From assembly GCA_022841245.1 (NCBI GenBank), contig JALHRW010000006.1, positions 823-64,822 on the forward strand: 64,000 nt of DNA. Reading direction: 5' to 3'. The stretch comes from Planctomycetota bacterium. Its GTDB lineage: Bacteria; Planctomycetota; UBA11346. The position numbers and the translations under genes were made by a program. This document shows positions 34,339 through 45,400 of the stretch, one piece after another. Each line of letters begins with the position of its first letter. Positions within the stretch are counted from its first letter, which is position 1. The notes under the pieces were generated by a model, which made no database searches, was not told the origin of the DNA, and was given only the letters and a program-made list of their open reading frames with translations.

Positions 34339-36642
34339 TCAGGGTGCCGCCTGGGCCAGACGATCCAGCAGGGTGTTGCGCCAGCGCGTGAGCTTGGAGG
34401 CGTCGTCCAAGGCTTCGAAGAAGTTGGTCACCGTGTCATTGCCGCTGTTCTCGGAACGGCTGTCGGCTGATTCCTTGAGCACGGCCTGCAGGGCGGCCAT
34501 CGCCTCGGCGTCCTTGGCGAAGCGCTTCTGATAGGTGGCGATGATGCGCCGATCATCGAGCCCGATGCGCTGGCCCTCCAGCCACGGCGAGGGGATGGTC
34601 TCGTAGGGGGTCGCCCAGGCCATCACGGCCAGATCGCCCTTGCGGCCGGAGAGGTCCCACTTGTCGCCCCAGTTGTAGGCCCATTGCCCGAAGCCGGTCG
34701 AGCCGAACGCCGCGTAGTAGAAGCCGAAGGTGTAGCGCTGGTTGGCGGGGACGCCGCCGCCGGTCCCGGAGTACTGCCAGAACCACTTCTCCCTGCCGCC
34801 GCGCTTCAGCGATGATGCACTCGCGCCGCGGATCCTGTTGCCGATGTCCTTGTCCTCCATGACCGCGTTGGTGTTGTAGACGTCGATGTCATCGATGAAG
34901 ATGCTCCACAGGTCGGGGATGCCCTTCCAGTCCTTCACGTGATGGATGCAGCCGTAGATGCGGATGCGCGGATCGGCTTCGCGGATCGCGGCGCAGCCGT
35001 CCTTGAAGTACGGCTTGATCCACGGGCCGGTGCCGAGGGTGATGGCCTTGTCGCCCTTGACCGTCGAGCCCGCCCATTTCTGCGGCTCATCGTGCGGGGT
35101 GGGCAGCAGTTCCGGCCAACCCGCGGCCAGCGCATGCGCGTTGACATGCCGCATCCAATCGACGAACACGGGGCGCGTGCTCGGCAGGATGGCGTTGCGG
35201 TGCTCGGGGGCCATCTGCTCGCGGCACCACTGGTCGCGCGTGCGCTTGCCGTCCAGCGTGCCGAGATGGGCGAAGACGTTCATGGTCCGCGGGAAGCCGA
35301 ACGGATCGCCGCCCAGGTACCACACGGCGCAGTGGAAGCCGCGCTTGCGGATGCCGGCCATCCAGTCGTCGGCATAGGTGAAGTCTACCACCACCTTGCC
35401 ATCGCGGAGCACGGTCGGGAAGCTGAACGAATTGTACCAGAGCATGGCTCCGTTGTAGTTGTAGCGCCGCTGGAAGGCGATGTCCTGCAGCGGCGGGGTG
35501 TTCTGGTAGCAGCCGACCATGGTCAGGCCGGCCTCGTCCATGCTCAGGAGATCCACCGGCAGCACCTCGACCTCCAGCGGCAGCTCGCCGGTACCTTCCT
35601 TGGCCTTGATCAGGATGCGGCCACGGTACACGCCCGGCGCGCTCTCGCCGCGCCGGGTCTCGATGTTGAGGAATAACCACTGCGCGCTGCCGGCCGGGAT
35701 GTCGGCAGGGAAGGCCGGCCACAGACGCATCGGCGTCCACAGTCCATCCATCAGCGCGTATTCGGCGGTGCGCCGCTCGATGACCGCCTTCAGCGCGCGT
35801 CCGTTGGCGTCGACCAGCGGCGTCACCTCGTAGTCGACGGATCCCAGAGCGGTGCCGTTGGCATACACGCCGAAGGACGCGGATTCGATCTGGTTCAGGC
35901 ACATGCGGACCTGCACCGGCTTGCCGACCATGGCGGTAGGCACCGGGCTGTTGGGGAAGAGCCGGCACAGGGGCTCCCATGGATACGCCGCCAACGGACC
36001 CTGGACGGCCGGCTTCTCGGTGACCGCCGGTGGCGGGGTCGCCGCGCGCTCGGACTGCTGGTCGCCGGCGATCAGGGCGCGGCATTCCGCGTAGAAGCGG
36101 GCCTCGTCGTCGGGCACGGCCCGGCGTACCGTGATCGAGGCGACCGGCAGGTCCTTGTCGGCGGCGATCGCCACCGCGGTCATGTCCGGAGCGTGGGCGG
36201 CAGGATTCACCGTGCTCTGCAGACGCGCCACCATGCTCCATGGCACCGGTATGGCCGCGGTCCGCCACTGCCCATCGCTGGCGCCGCCGAAGCGGTGCAG
36301 CACGGAATCGCCGAAGTTCCGGCCCAGGCCGCTGAAGGCCAGGAACTGGGCCGGCCGCGTCAGGACATCGCGGTAGCGGACTTCGCAAACGAAGCGTTCG
36401 CCTTCGGCGGGGCGGAGGTCGCCCGCCTCCCACCAGGCCTTGATCCGCACATGGGCGTACTTCCCGGCCAGCGCCTGGCGGAAGGCGACCCCGCCCTCCT
36501 CCGCCGGCGCCGACCAGCCGCCGTCGAACTGCGCGGCTGGCAGCGTCGCCAGGTTGTGCGTCGTCGGCAGCGCCGGCCCATCCACGGCCCAGGCCGCCGA
36601 CGACAGGAGGCAGGTCAACAGGACCAGGGTGCTGTTGTTCAT
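34339..36642 (-). CDS. Secreted protein, DUF4091-like putative glycoside hydrolase
   Basis: 767 aa. The signal peptide is MNNSTLVLLTCLLSSAAWA. The central region with LPTPHDEPQKW, IYGCIHHVKDW and FWQYSG resembles the DUF4091 family as I recall it. The functional call is weak. Confidence 0.6.
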   Translation of the reverse strand: MNNSTLVLLTCLLSSAAWAVDGPALPTTHNLATLPAAQFDGGWSAPAEEGGVAFRQALAGKYAHVRIKAWWEAGDLRPAEGERFVCEVRYRDVLTRPAQFLAFSGLGRNFGDSVLHRFGGASDGQWRTAAIPVPWSMVARLQSTVNPAAHAPDMTAVAIAADKDLPVASITVRRAVPDDEARFYAECRALIAGDQQSERAATPPPAVTEKPAVQGPLAAYPWEPLCRLFPNSPVPTAMVGKPVQVRMCLNQIESASFGVYANGTALGSVDYEVTPLVDANGRALKAVIERRTAEYALMDGLWTPMRLWPAFPADIPAGSAQWLFLNIETRRGESAPGVYRGRILIKAKEGTGELPLEVEVLPVDLLSMDEAGLTMVGCYQNTPPLQDIAFQRRYNYNGAMLWYNSFSFPTVLRDGKVVVDFTYADDWMAGIRKRGFHCAVWYLGGDPFGFPRTMNVFAHLGTLDGKRTRDQWCREQMAPEHRNAILPSTRPVFVDWMRHVNAHALAAGWPELLPTPHDEPQKWAGSTVKGDKAITLGTGPWIKPYFKDGCAAIREADPRIRIYGCIHHVKDWKGIPDLWSIFIDDIDVYNTNAVMEDKDIGNRIRGASASSLKRGGREKWFWQYSGTGGGVPANQRYTFGFYYAAFGSTGFGQWAYNWGDKWDLSGRKGDLAVMAWATPYETIPSPWLEGQRIGLDDRRIIATYQKRFAKDAEAMAALQAVLKESADSRSENSGNDTVTNFFEALDDASKLTRWRNTLLDRLAQAAP

Positions 36643-36677
36643 CGATCATCCGTGGTGGTGGTGGAGCTGGGCCCGGC

Positions 36678-38654
36678 CTACTTGGCGACCGGCGCGAAGC
36701 GCACCCAATGGGTGACGGTGGAGGCGCCGGTGGGCACCTTCCAGGTCTGCGGCTTGTCCGAGGCGGTGAACACGTTCTTGGCCTCCTTCTTGGGGCCGCT
36801 GGCGTCCGTCCAGTTCACCGTCACCTCAAGATCCGACGGTTTCTCGCTGCTGACGTAGGTGGCGTAGACCTGGGTGTTGTTCTCGTCGCTGTTCTTCACG
36901 CGGATGTAGCCGACGGTCGCTGTGACATTGTCGGGATAGCTGCGGTCGCCCCACATGATGCCGTTGGTGCCATTGCCCCAGATTGAGCTGTTCTTCTCCT
37001 TGCCGGCCCGACCCAGGGTCACCGGCGCCATGGCCACATCCCAGGTCTTGCCATCGAGCGAGGTCTCCACCGACATGTCCTTGCGTCCGACCACCGTCGA
37101 CACGCCATGCAGCGAGCGGATCGGGCCGGCGGCCTCGATGCGGTAGACCTTCCAGGCTTCGCTGTCGAGTTCGGCATGGCGGAAGGTCCTGGCCATCTGG
37201 TGATCGGGTCCGCCGTGGATCGCCACCAGGTTGGAGGCCTGGTAGGTGATCTGGCTGCCATTGTCCTTGAGCCACGGGAACACTGCTGGTCCGATCTGCA
37301 CGACGGTGCGCAGCGAGAGGGCGCTGAGTTCGCCCTTGGCCGGGAAGCCCACCTTGAGCAGGTAGCTGAAGCGCCCCTTCACCTTCTCGGAGACGTCGAC
37401 GGCGCCCTTGCCGGCGGCGCCGAGGTCCTCCCAGGTCCGCCCGGCGTCGAGCGACAGCGCCAGGGTCAGTCCGTCGGAGCCGGTGCAGGTGAAGATGGCG
37501 GTCTTGTCGCAGGGGTTCTTGAACACATCCCACTTGTCGGCGGCGTTGTCGGCCTGGTGCGCGGCGATCTGGTAGGGTGCGGTGTGCGCCAGCACGATGC
37601 TGCCCTCGGCCGCCGCCACCAGCTTGCCGCCCTGCAGCTTGACGCTGTCGCTGGCAGTCCAGCCCTTGGCTGAGGCTGCGGACGTGAGGTCCGGGGTGTA
37701 TGCGAAGACGCCCTTGCCGCTGTAGACCAGCGGGTTCTTCGGCGACTTGCCCTGCTTGTTGGCGCGGCCGAAGGCGTCGTTGCCCACCGGGCCGTAGCTC
37801 AGGAAGGTCTCGCGTCGCGCCATGCCGTGGTGCTTGGGGAAGTCGAAGGCCTGCTCGAAGTAGTCCTTCGACCAGATCGCCTCGACGCCGTCGTCGCCGT
37901 CGGGCAGGCGCCAGCGGGTGAAGCTCTCTCCATCACGCAGGCTGTAGACGATCGGCATGCCCAGGTAGCCGAACATCTTCTGCTTGCCCTCGCCTTCCGG
38001 TTCGCGCACCGAATCGTAGGTGCTCAGCTTGTCGCCGAAGGGGTTGAGGCGGAGCTTCATGAAGCCGCCGTTGAGCTCGCCCGCCCGCCGCTGGGCGGCG
38101 GCGATGTCGAGGATGCCGATCGGCTTCTGCGGATCCTTGTCGAAGACCATGTGGCCGCAGGTCATGTCGGCGAGCCGCCAGGCCCCGTCGGTGAAGGCCT
38201 CGAAGGCGGTGTGGCCGGGCACCAGGGTGCAGGAGGTGGCGAGGTAGTCGCCCAGCGACTTCTGCAGGAACGGGGTGAACTGGGCATGGATCGAATAGCA
38301 CAGTCCGGTGGAGTGCGAGAACAGCCCGACCAGGCCGTCGCGGCAGAAGCCGAAGCCGGTCTCGCCGCCGAACTTGCTGCCCTTGCCGTAGAAGATGTTG
38401 TCGCCATCGGCGTGCTGGTGGTGCTCGACCCGCCAGATCCAGTGCGCGATCAGCTTGTCGGTCTGCGACTTCACCTCGCGGCCGTAGCGCTCCGTGAACT
38501 GGGCGAAGGCGGTGGCCTCGACGCGCTCGAATGTCGAGCAGGCCAGCTCGCCCTTCATCTGCGCATGGTCGGTGGCGATCTGCGGATCGGCTACCGCCGC
38601 CCCAGCCAGGGCGGCAAGGGCTAGGGAAGCGACAACGCGGGTCGGATGGGCCAT
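36678..38654 (-). CDS. Secreted protein with a transglutaminase-like (papain-fold Cys-His-Asp) core
   Basis: This is ORF 36678..38819 trimmed to the ATG at 38654, which is preceded by AAGGAG. The signal peptide is MAHPTRVVASLALAALAGAAVA. STGLCYSIHAQF ... VPGHTAFEAFTDGAWRLADMT gives Cys, His and Asp in the order and spacing of transglutaminase-like domains. Confidence 0.6.
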   Translation of the reverse strand: MAHPTRVVASLALAALAGAAVADPQIATDHAQMKGELACSTFERVEATAFAQFTERYGREVKSQTDKLIAHWIWRVEHHQHADGDNIFYGKGSKFGGETGFGFCRDGLVGLFSHSTGLCYSIHAQFTPFLQKSLGDYLATSCTLVPGHTAFEAFTDGAWRLADMTCGHMVFDKDPQKPIGILDIAAAQRRAGELNGGFMKLRLNPFGDKLSTYDSVREPEGEGKQKMFGYLGMPIVYSLRDGESFTRWRLPDGDDGVEAIWSKDYFEQAFDFPKHHGMARRETFLSYGPVGNDAFGRANKQGKSPKNPLVYSGKGVFAYTPDLTSAASAKGWTASDSVKLQGGKLVAAAEGSIVLAHTAPYQIAAHQADNAADKWDVFKNPCDKTAIFTCTGSDGLTLALSLDAGRTWEDLGAAGKGAVDVSEKVKGRFSYLLKVGFPAKGELSALSLRTVVQIGPAVFPWLKDNGSQITYQASNLVAIHGGPDHQMARTFRHAELDSEAWKVYRIEAAGPIRSLHGVSTVVGRKDMSVETSLDGKTWDVAMAPVTLGRAGKEKNSSIWGNGTNGIMWGDRSYPDNVTATVGYIRVKNSDENNTQVYATYVSSEKPSDLEVTVNWTDASGPKKEAKNVFTASDKPQTWKVPTGASTVTHWVRFAPVAK

Positions 38655-38754
38655 GTCATGCTCCTTGCTTCGCGCAGGCTGCCAGCGCCTGGTATTATTG
38701 ATGCACATCTGAACGAACCAATGCCAGCTCTTGTGACGGGGCATGCTCATGTTT

Positions 38755-38770
38755 GGCAGCGATGATGCCA
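38755..38770 (-). promoter_or_regulatory. Sigma-54-like -24/-12 element (TGGCATC-N4-CTGCC)
   Basis: The minus strand reads TGGCATCATCGCTGCC, about 100 nt upstream of the ATG at 38654. GG and GC have the canonical spacing. Four non-invariant positions deviate from TGGCACG-N4-TTGCW. No enhancer-binding protein gene is in the window. Confidence 0.25.
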
Positions 38771-38932
38771 TCTCCACAACAATGGTATTTGTCTGGTTCC
38801 TATCATACCGGGCTGCCATGGGACAACGTCATGCCGTCTGGTGCGACCGTGAATAGCCTAGACCCTTGGTCTGCATCCTCGCGACTATAACACCGATCCA
38901 TCTTGGTTCTTTGCTCTTACGTGATGGCTCAC

Positions 38933-39373
38933 TCAGGGCAGCAGGTAATCCTCGATACCGGATTCGACAACATTCCCGTCGCTGTGGGTCAGGCGCACGA
39001 AGGCGCGGGCCCCCGCTGGGATGACGGCAGGGAGCGCCATGCTGACCGCATAGCAGTCGGGGGACCGGGCGGTGGTCACGGTGGCCAGGCTGGCCACGGG
39101 ATCTCCGGCAACGGTCCAGCCGACCTCGACGCTGGCGATGGCGGGATAGCCGGCGGAGGTCTTGACCAGGAAGGTGCTGCTCGCTCCGGGATGGATGCCG
39201 CCCTCGACCGCCACGCTGACCGTCCCGTCGGGCATGGCGCGACTGCCCAGGGCGATCTGATTCGGCGTCGAACCTCCGTCCCCGCCACCGCCTCCGCCAC
39301 CACCTCCTCCGCCGCCACAGGCAGCCAGGAAGACGGTGACAAGCACGATCAGGGTGCTGGAAGCCCAAGACAT
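38933..39373 (-). CDS. Lipoprotein with a Gly12 linker directly after the lipobox cysteine
   Basis: This is ORF 38933..39400 trimmed to the ATG at 39373: MSWASSTLIVLVTVFLAAC-GGGGGGGGGGGG-DGGSTPN..., followed by a beta-rich domain of about 100 aa. It lies about 30 nt downstream of the giant gene stop. Confidence 0.7.
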   Translation of the reverse strand: MSWASSTLIVLVTVFLAACGGGGGGGGGGGGDGGSTPNQIALGSRAMPDGTVSVAVEGGIHPGASSTFLVKTSAGYPAIASVEVGWTVAGDPVASLATVTTARSPDCYAVSMALPAVIPAGARAFVRLTHSDGNVVESGIEDYLLP

Positions 39374-39404
39374 GATGGAAGCCCTCAGGGTGTGGTGCAT
39401 GGCC

Positions 39405-42400
39405 TCAACCTCCGCCGCTGGGGATGATCTGGACGTTGTCGAACACCGCCGTGCTGGGGGTCATGCCGGCATGCGAGGTCACCGCCAGGCCGACATACAG
39501 GATGGAACCCATCGGCCAGCTCGTGCTGCCGAGCTGCGTCCAGGCGACGCCATCGGCGGATTCTGACGCCGTGATGGTCGTACCGTTGCGCACCAGCCGC
39601 AGCCAGCGCGGAGCCGCTGATCGGCTGCCGGCGGTATGGGCGCTGGCTCCACCGGTGGTGGTCCGGCGCTGGAAGCCCACGCCACTGGTCGGTGTCACCA
39701 TCGCGAAGGCATGGCGGCTGCCGGACGTCAGGCTGTCACGGAACATCACGCCGGCCTTCGCCCACGCGTTGCTGTTGGTCTGCGAGCCGACGCGGGCGAT
39801 GATCGTTCCGTCCCCGGTCAGGGGCTGGCAGGCGAAGCGGAAGGCGTCCGTGCTGCCCCAGATGTCGTTGCCGCAGCCGGTCACGGTGACGCCCTCGCCG
39901 GCACCGACCATGCCCTGGTACGACACCGACCCGCCTGTCGTGCCGATGTCGCCAGCCGACCACGGCGTGGGCAGGGTTCCGGCCGCGGTCACGGTCAGGG
40001 TGGCGACGTTCGAGGTGATGCTGCCGCCGCTGTTGGCGGCCACGACGCGGAACTGGGCGCCGTGGTCGGCGAGGATGGTTGCGCTGGTGGCATAGGTGGT
40101 CGCATTGGCGCCGCTGATGGCCGTCCAGACGCCGCTGATCAACCGCTGCCACTGATAGGTCGGGGCCGGCGTACCCGTCGCCGCGACCGTGAAGCTCGCC
40201 GGCTGCCCCACCGTATGCGTGACGCTGGCGGGATGGCTGGTGATCAACGGGGCCACGGCGGTGACGGCCGCGGTGTAGGCCGAAGCGGCGGTGGCGCTCT
40301 TGGCGGGAGTCGGAGTGCCGGCGTCGGTGGCTGTCACCTGCACGCGCAGGAACTTGCCCAGGTCCGCAGCAACCGGCACATAGGCGGCGGCGGTGGCGCC
40401 GGCGATGGACGCCAGGTTGGCGCCGGTGGCATTGTCGGCGCGCTGCCACTGGTAGGCATAGGCGGCGATCGTGCCGGCATCGGCGGCGTCGTGCCAAGTG
40501 CCGGTGCTGGCGGTCAGGGTCTGGCCGACCTTGGCGGTGCCGGTGACGGCCGGGGCGACGGTGTTGACCGGCGCGTCATTGACCGCCGTCACGGTCAGCA
40601 CGAACGGCTCGCTGGCGGTCAGACTGCCATCGGAGACGGTGACGGTGATGGTGGCGCTGCCGCTCTGGTTGGCGGCCGGCGTCACGGTGACGGTGCGGGC
40701 GGAGCCCGAACCGCCGAGGACGATGCCCGCGACCGGCACCAGGGCCGGGTTCGACGAAGTGGCGGTGAGGGTCAGCGCGGTCGCCGCGGTCTGGGCGTCG
40801 CTGACGGTGACGGCCAGGGCGCCAGTGGCGGCATCCTCGGCCACAGTAAGGTCGGCGAGGGCGCTGATCGTCGGCGCGGTGTTGGTGGCCCCGGGCACGC
40901 CGAGGAGTTCGATCTCCGCGATCTGCACCGAGTTGGCCGTGGCAGGATTCGCCACCCGATCGATGCGCAGGCGGTGGATGTTGTAGCCGGTGGTATTGGC
41001 GATCGCGTAGGTCTTCTTCAGCAGGCGGCTGGCGAAGCTCTCGCCGGTCCTCGTATCCAGGGTCGTCCAGGTCGCCCCGCCGTCGTTCGAACCCAGCAGC
41101 GCCCAGTTCGCCGGATCGCGCTCGGGGGCGTCGTTGGCCGAGGTGATGGTGTAGCTGCTCACCACCCCCTGGTCCGTACCCGGGAACCGGTACTGGATCC
41201 AGCTCGCGCGGGTCGACGGGTTGGTGGCGGCGAAGTCGAGCCACTTGCGCGAAGTCAGGTTGTCGAAGGCGAAGAGCTTGGCCTCGGCGGGCGCATGCTC
41301 CCCCTGGGCGGTGATCGTGCCGGTGCCGGGATCGGTCAGGTCCGTGAGTGCGGCCGACACGGCGAGGCTGAACGTCTGGGTGGCGTCGGGAGGCACCCCG
41401 TTGGCCGCCGTGAGGGTGATCGGGCCGAACGTACCGCTCGCGGTCGGAGTACCCGACAGCGTGCTGCCGGACAGGGTCAGCCACGCGGGGGCGCCGCTGA
41501 GCGACAACGACGGGGCCGGCGTGCCGGTGGCGGTGATGGCATAGCTGTAGGCCGAACCCACCGTCGCAGTCAGGGTCGGGAGCGACAAGATCGCCGGCGA
41601 TCCGGTGACCGTCAGCACGAAGGGTTCGCTCGCCGTCAGGCTGCCGTCCGACACCGTCACCGTGATCGTGGCTAGGCCATGCTGACCGGCCGCCGGCGTC
41701 ACCGTCACCGTGCGGCTGGCGGCCGAACCGCCGAAGACGATGGCCGCGACCGGCACCAGGGCGGTATTCGACGAGGTGGCGGTGAGGGTCAGCGCGGTCG
41801 CCGCGGTCTGGGCGTCGCCCACCGTGAAGGCCAGCGCGCCGGTCGAAGTGCCCTTCGCCACCGTCAGGTCGGCGAGGACGCTGATCGTCGGCGCGGTGTT
41901 GGTGCCGCTGGTGATCGCGGTCGTGTAGGCCGAGGCGACGGTGGCGCTCTTCACCGGGGCCGGGGTGCCGGCGTCGGTGGCGGTAACCTGCACGCGCAGG
42001 AACTTGCCGGCATCGGCGGCGACCGGCACGTAGGTGGCCGCGGTGGCACCGGCGATGGCCGCCAGGTTGGTGCCGGTGGCGCTGTCGGCGCGCTGCCACT
42101 GGTAGGCATAGGTGGCGATCGGGCCGGCATCCGCCGTATCGTTCCAGGTGCCGGTGCTGGCGGTCAGGGTCTGGCCGACCTGGGCGGTCCCGGCGATGGC
42201 CGGAGCGACGGTGTTGACCGGGGCGTCATTGACGGCATTCACGGTCAGGACGAACGGCTCGTTGGCCGTCAGGCTGCCATCGGAGACGGTGACGGTGATG
42301 GTGGCGCTGCCGCTCTGGTTGGCGGCAGGCGTCACGGTGACGGTGCGGCCTGCCCCGGACCCGCCGAGGACGATGCCCGCGACCGGCACCAGGGCCGGGT

Positions 42401-45400
42401 TCGACGAGCTGGCGGTGAGGGTCAGCGCAGTCGCCGCGGTCTGGGCGTCGCCCACGGTGATGGCCAGGACGCCGGTCGCGGTGTCCTCGGCCACCGTCAG
42501 GTCAGCGAGGACGCTGATCGTCGGCGCGGTGTTGGTTCCGCTGGTGATCGCGGTCGTATAGGCAGAGGAGGCGGTGGTGCTCTTGGCCGGCGTCGGCGTT
42601 CCGGCATCGGTGCCGGTGACCTGCACGCGCAGGAATTTGCCCATATCGGCGGCGACCGGCACGTAGGTTGCCGCGGTCGCGCCGGCGATCGCCGCCACGC
42701 CGGATCCGGTGGCGCTGTTAGCGCGCTGCCACTGGTAGGCGAACGAGGCGATGGTGCCGCTGTCGTTGAGGTCGTTCCAGGTGCCGGAGGCGGCGGTCAG
42801 GGTCTGCCCCACCTGGGGAGCGCCGGTGATGGCCGGCAGCGCGGTGCAGACGGGCGGATCGTTGATCGGCAGCACCGTCACCGTGAAGGTCGTGGAGGCG
42901 GGGAATCCGCCCGTGTCGATCACCGTCACCTGGATGGTCGCGGATCCGGAGCGGTTGGCGGCCGGCGTGACCTTCACCGTGCGATTGGACCAGGACCCGC
43001 CCAGGACCACGTTGGACGACGGGATCAGGGTCGGATTCGACGAGGTGGCGCTGAGCGCCAGGAGATCCGCGGTGGTCTCGGCATCGCTGATGGTGAAGCC
43101 GATGGCGCTGCTGGTGGAATCCTCGTTCATGGTCAGGTCGGCGATGGTCGAGATCGACGGGGGCAGGGTGCCGGAGGCCGTCACCATCGTCGTCCACAGC
43201 GAGGCCGCGGCGGCGCTGGCCTTGGGCAGCGGCGAACCGTTGTCGGTGGCGATCTCGAGGACGCGCAGATAGGCACCGACATCGGCCGCCACCGGTACAT
43301 AGGTCATGGCGGTGGCGCCGGCGAGGCTCACCGCGGTGTTCTCCGGATCGCCGGGGTCGGCGATGCGCTGCCACTGGTAGGCGCGGGCGGAAAGGGAGCC
43401 GCCGTCCACCGTATCGTTCCAGGTGCCGGCGAGCGCGGTCAGGGTCTGGCCCGCCTGGATGGTGCCGCTGATGCGTGGCTGGTCGGTGCAGCGCGGCGGG
43501 TCGTTGACCGGAGCGACGGTGACGGAGAACGACTCGGTGGCGAGGTTCACCCCGTCCGACACCCGCACGGTGACGGTCGCGGTGCCATGCTGATCGGTGC
43601 CCGGAGCGACCGAGACCTGCCGATCGGTGCCGGTGCCGCTGAAGGTGATCTGCGCGACCGGCAGCAGGGTCGCGTTGGAGGTGGTGGCGCTCAGGGTCAG
43701 CACCGCGGGGTTGGACTGGGCGTCGCCGACCGTGAGCGGAATGGCGGCGGCGATGCCGTCCTCGGCGACGGTCTGGTTGGGGATGGCGGTGATGGTTGGC
43801 GGGGTGTTGACGGTGTGCCAGAGGACGGCATCGGGCACCAGGGCCTTGGCGATGCTGGGGCCCTGCCACCACAGTTCGAGACCCATGGCGGCAGTACCCT
43901 GGGCATAGGCCAGCACCAGGTCATGGAAGCCAGCCGACAGGGTCAGGCTGGCGCTCGACTTCTGGGTCATGTTGTTGGCGGTGTTGTTGACCACCAGCAC
44001 GCCGTCCACGAAGAGTTGCGAGCCATCGTTGGACGCCGTGGTGAAGATGTAGGTGCCGGCCGTGTCGATTTTGATCATGCCCGAGAAGCGCACCGCGAAG
44101 TTGAGCTCCTGGGTGCGCATGGCGAGGTTGACGTTGGGGCTCACGCCGCTGGCCACCGGGGTCAGCAGGGTGAAGTCGGGAACGGTGGCGCCGTTGCCGG
44201 TGAAGTAGTCCCACGCCAGACCGTTGGCCCGCGGGGTGTACTGGAAGGACATCTGGCTGCCGGCCTGGATGGTATTGGGCACCGCGGCGGTGTCCTGGAC
44301 GTTCGATACCTGCAGCAGGTAGGTCGTGCCGGCCACCAGGTTGGGGCTGACGGTCAGGGTGACGCTGCGGGTGTCGGCGTTGCGCACCGCCCCGACCACC
44401 GCGATGCCGTGGTCGAGCGTATAGTTGGCCGGATTGGCCGCGCCGTGCGGTCCGCTGCCATCGGCCAGCGGTTCGCTGGCGATCACCATCACCTGGTTGG
44501 CCGCCCCGAGGCTCTGCACCGCCACCAGGGTCGGCGGCGTCACATCGCCGGTCACCGTCACGGTGACCAGCCCGGTCGAGCTGGCGAGGCCGTTGCCGAC
44601 GGTGTAGCCGAAGGTCTCCGTCCCGGTCCAGGAGCGGTCCGAATTGGTGTAGATCACCGAATTGCCGGAGACGGTCCGCGTGCCGTGCAGGGGCGCCGGA
44701 GGAGGGAAGGTGGTGGCGAGGGTCAGCGGCCGTCCATCCGGGTCGGCGTCGTTGGCCAGCACCGGGATCACGACCGTGCCTCCCGCAGCCACCGTGGCGC
44801 TGTCGGCGACGGCGGTGGGCGGCGAGCACACGGTGATGGTCAGCTCCTTCCAGCCGCGCGCCTGCCACTCGTCGATCACCTCGACCCGCGCGGTGTAGAC
44901 GCCGGGGGTGCTGAAGGTGCGGGTGATCGAGGCCGTGGTGGCGCCGTTCAGGTCCTGGACGGCGACCGGCTCTTTGCGCCCACCATCGTAGCCTTCGAGG
45001 AACCATTCGATGCGGTGCTCGTAGGATGCATACGGGCTGTCGGAAGTCCCCAGGTCGGCATCGGTGAACGTCAGGTTGAAGGTGGCGCTGGAGCCGGTGT
45101 CGATCTTGCTCGCGCTGGCCGTGAAGGCCGTGACCACCGGCAATTCATTCGACGGTGACATCTTCACCCCCATCGACAGGTCGCCGTAATGGACGGTGCG
45201 GTTCCAGGCGTAGAACGGGTAGCGGTCGAGCAGGCTGCGCCCCCAGGACTCGCCGCTCGCGAGCAGGGACCGGACCCGGGTGGCATTCGGGTAATCGGGG
45301 GTCAGTCGCCAATCGCCGACGTAGTTGGTGATGGTGCCGCTGACCGCCCAGACCAGGCCGCCGCCGCGGGTGAAGATGTGGTGGTTGCCGATGCCGCCGA

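Noticed and set aside
38866-38895. Possible fourth, degenerate copy of the promoter motif (TCTGCATCCTCGCGACTATAACACC)
   Set aside because: It resembles TTTGCACCTCGCGGCC of copies A and B only with an indel, and it lacks the ATCTCGC box. It lies just after the lipoprotein stop. This is too weak to count.
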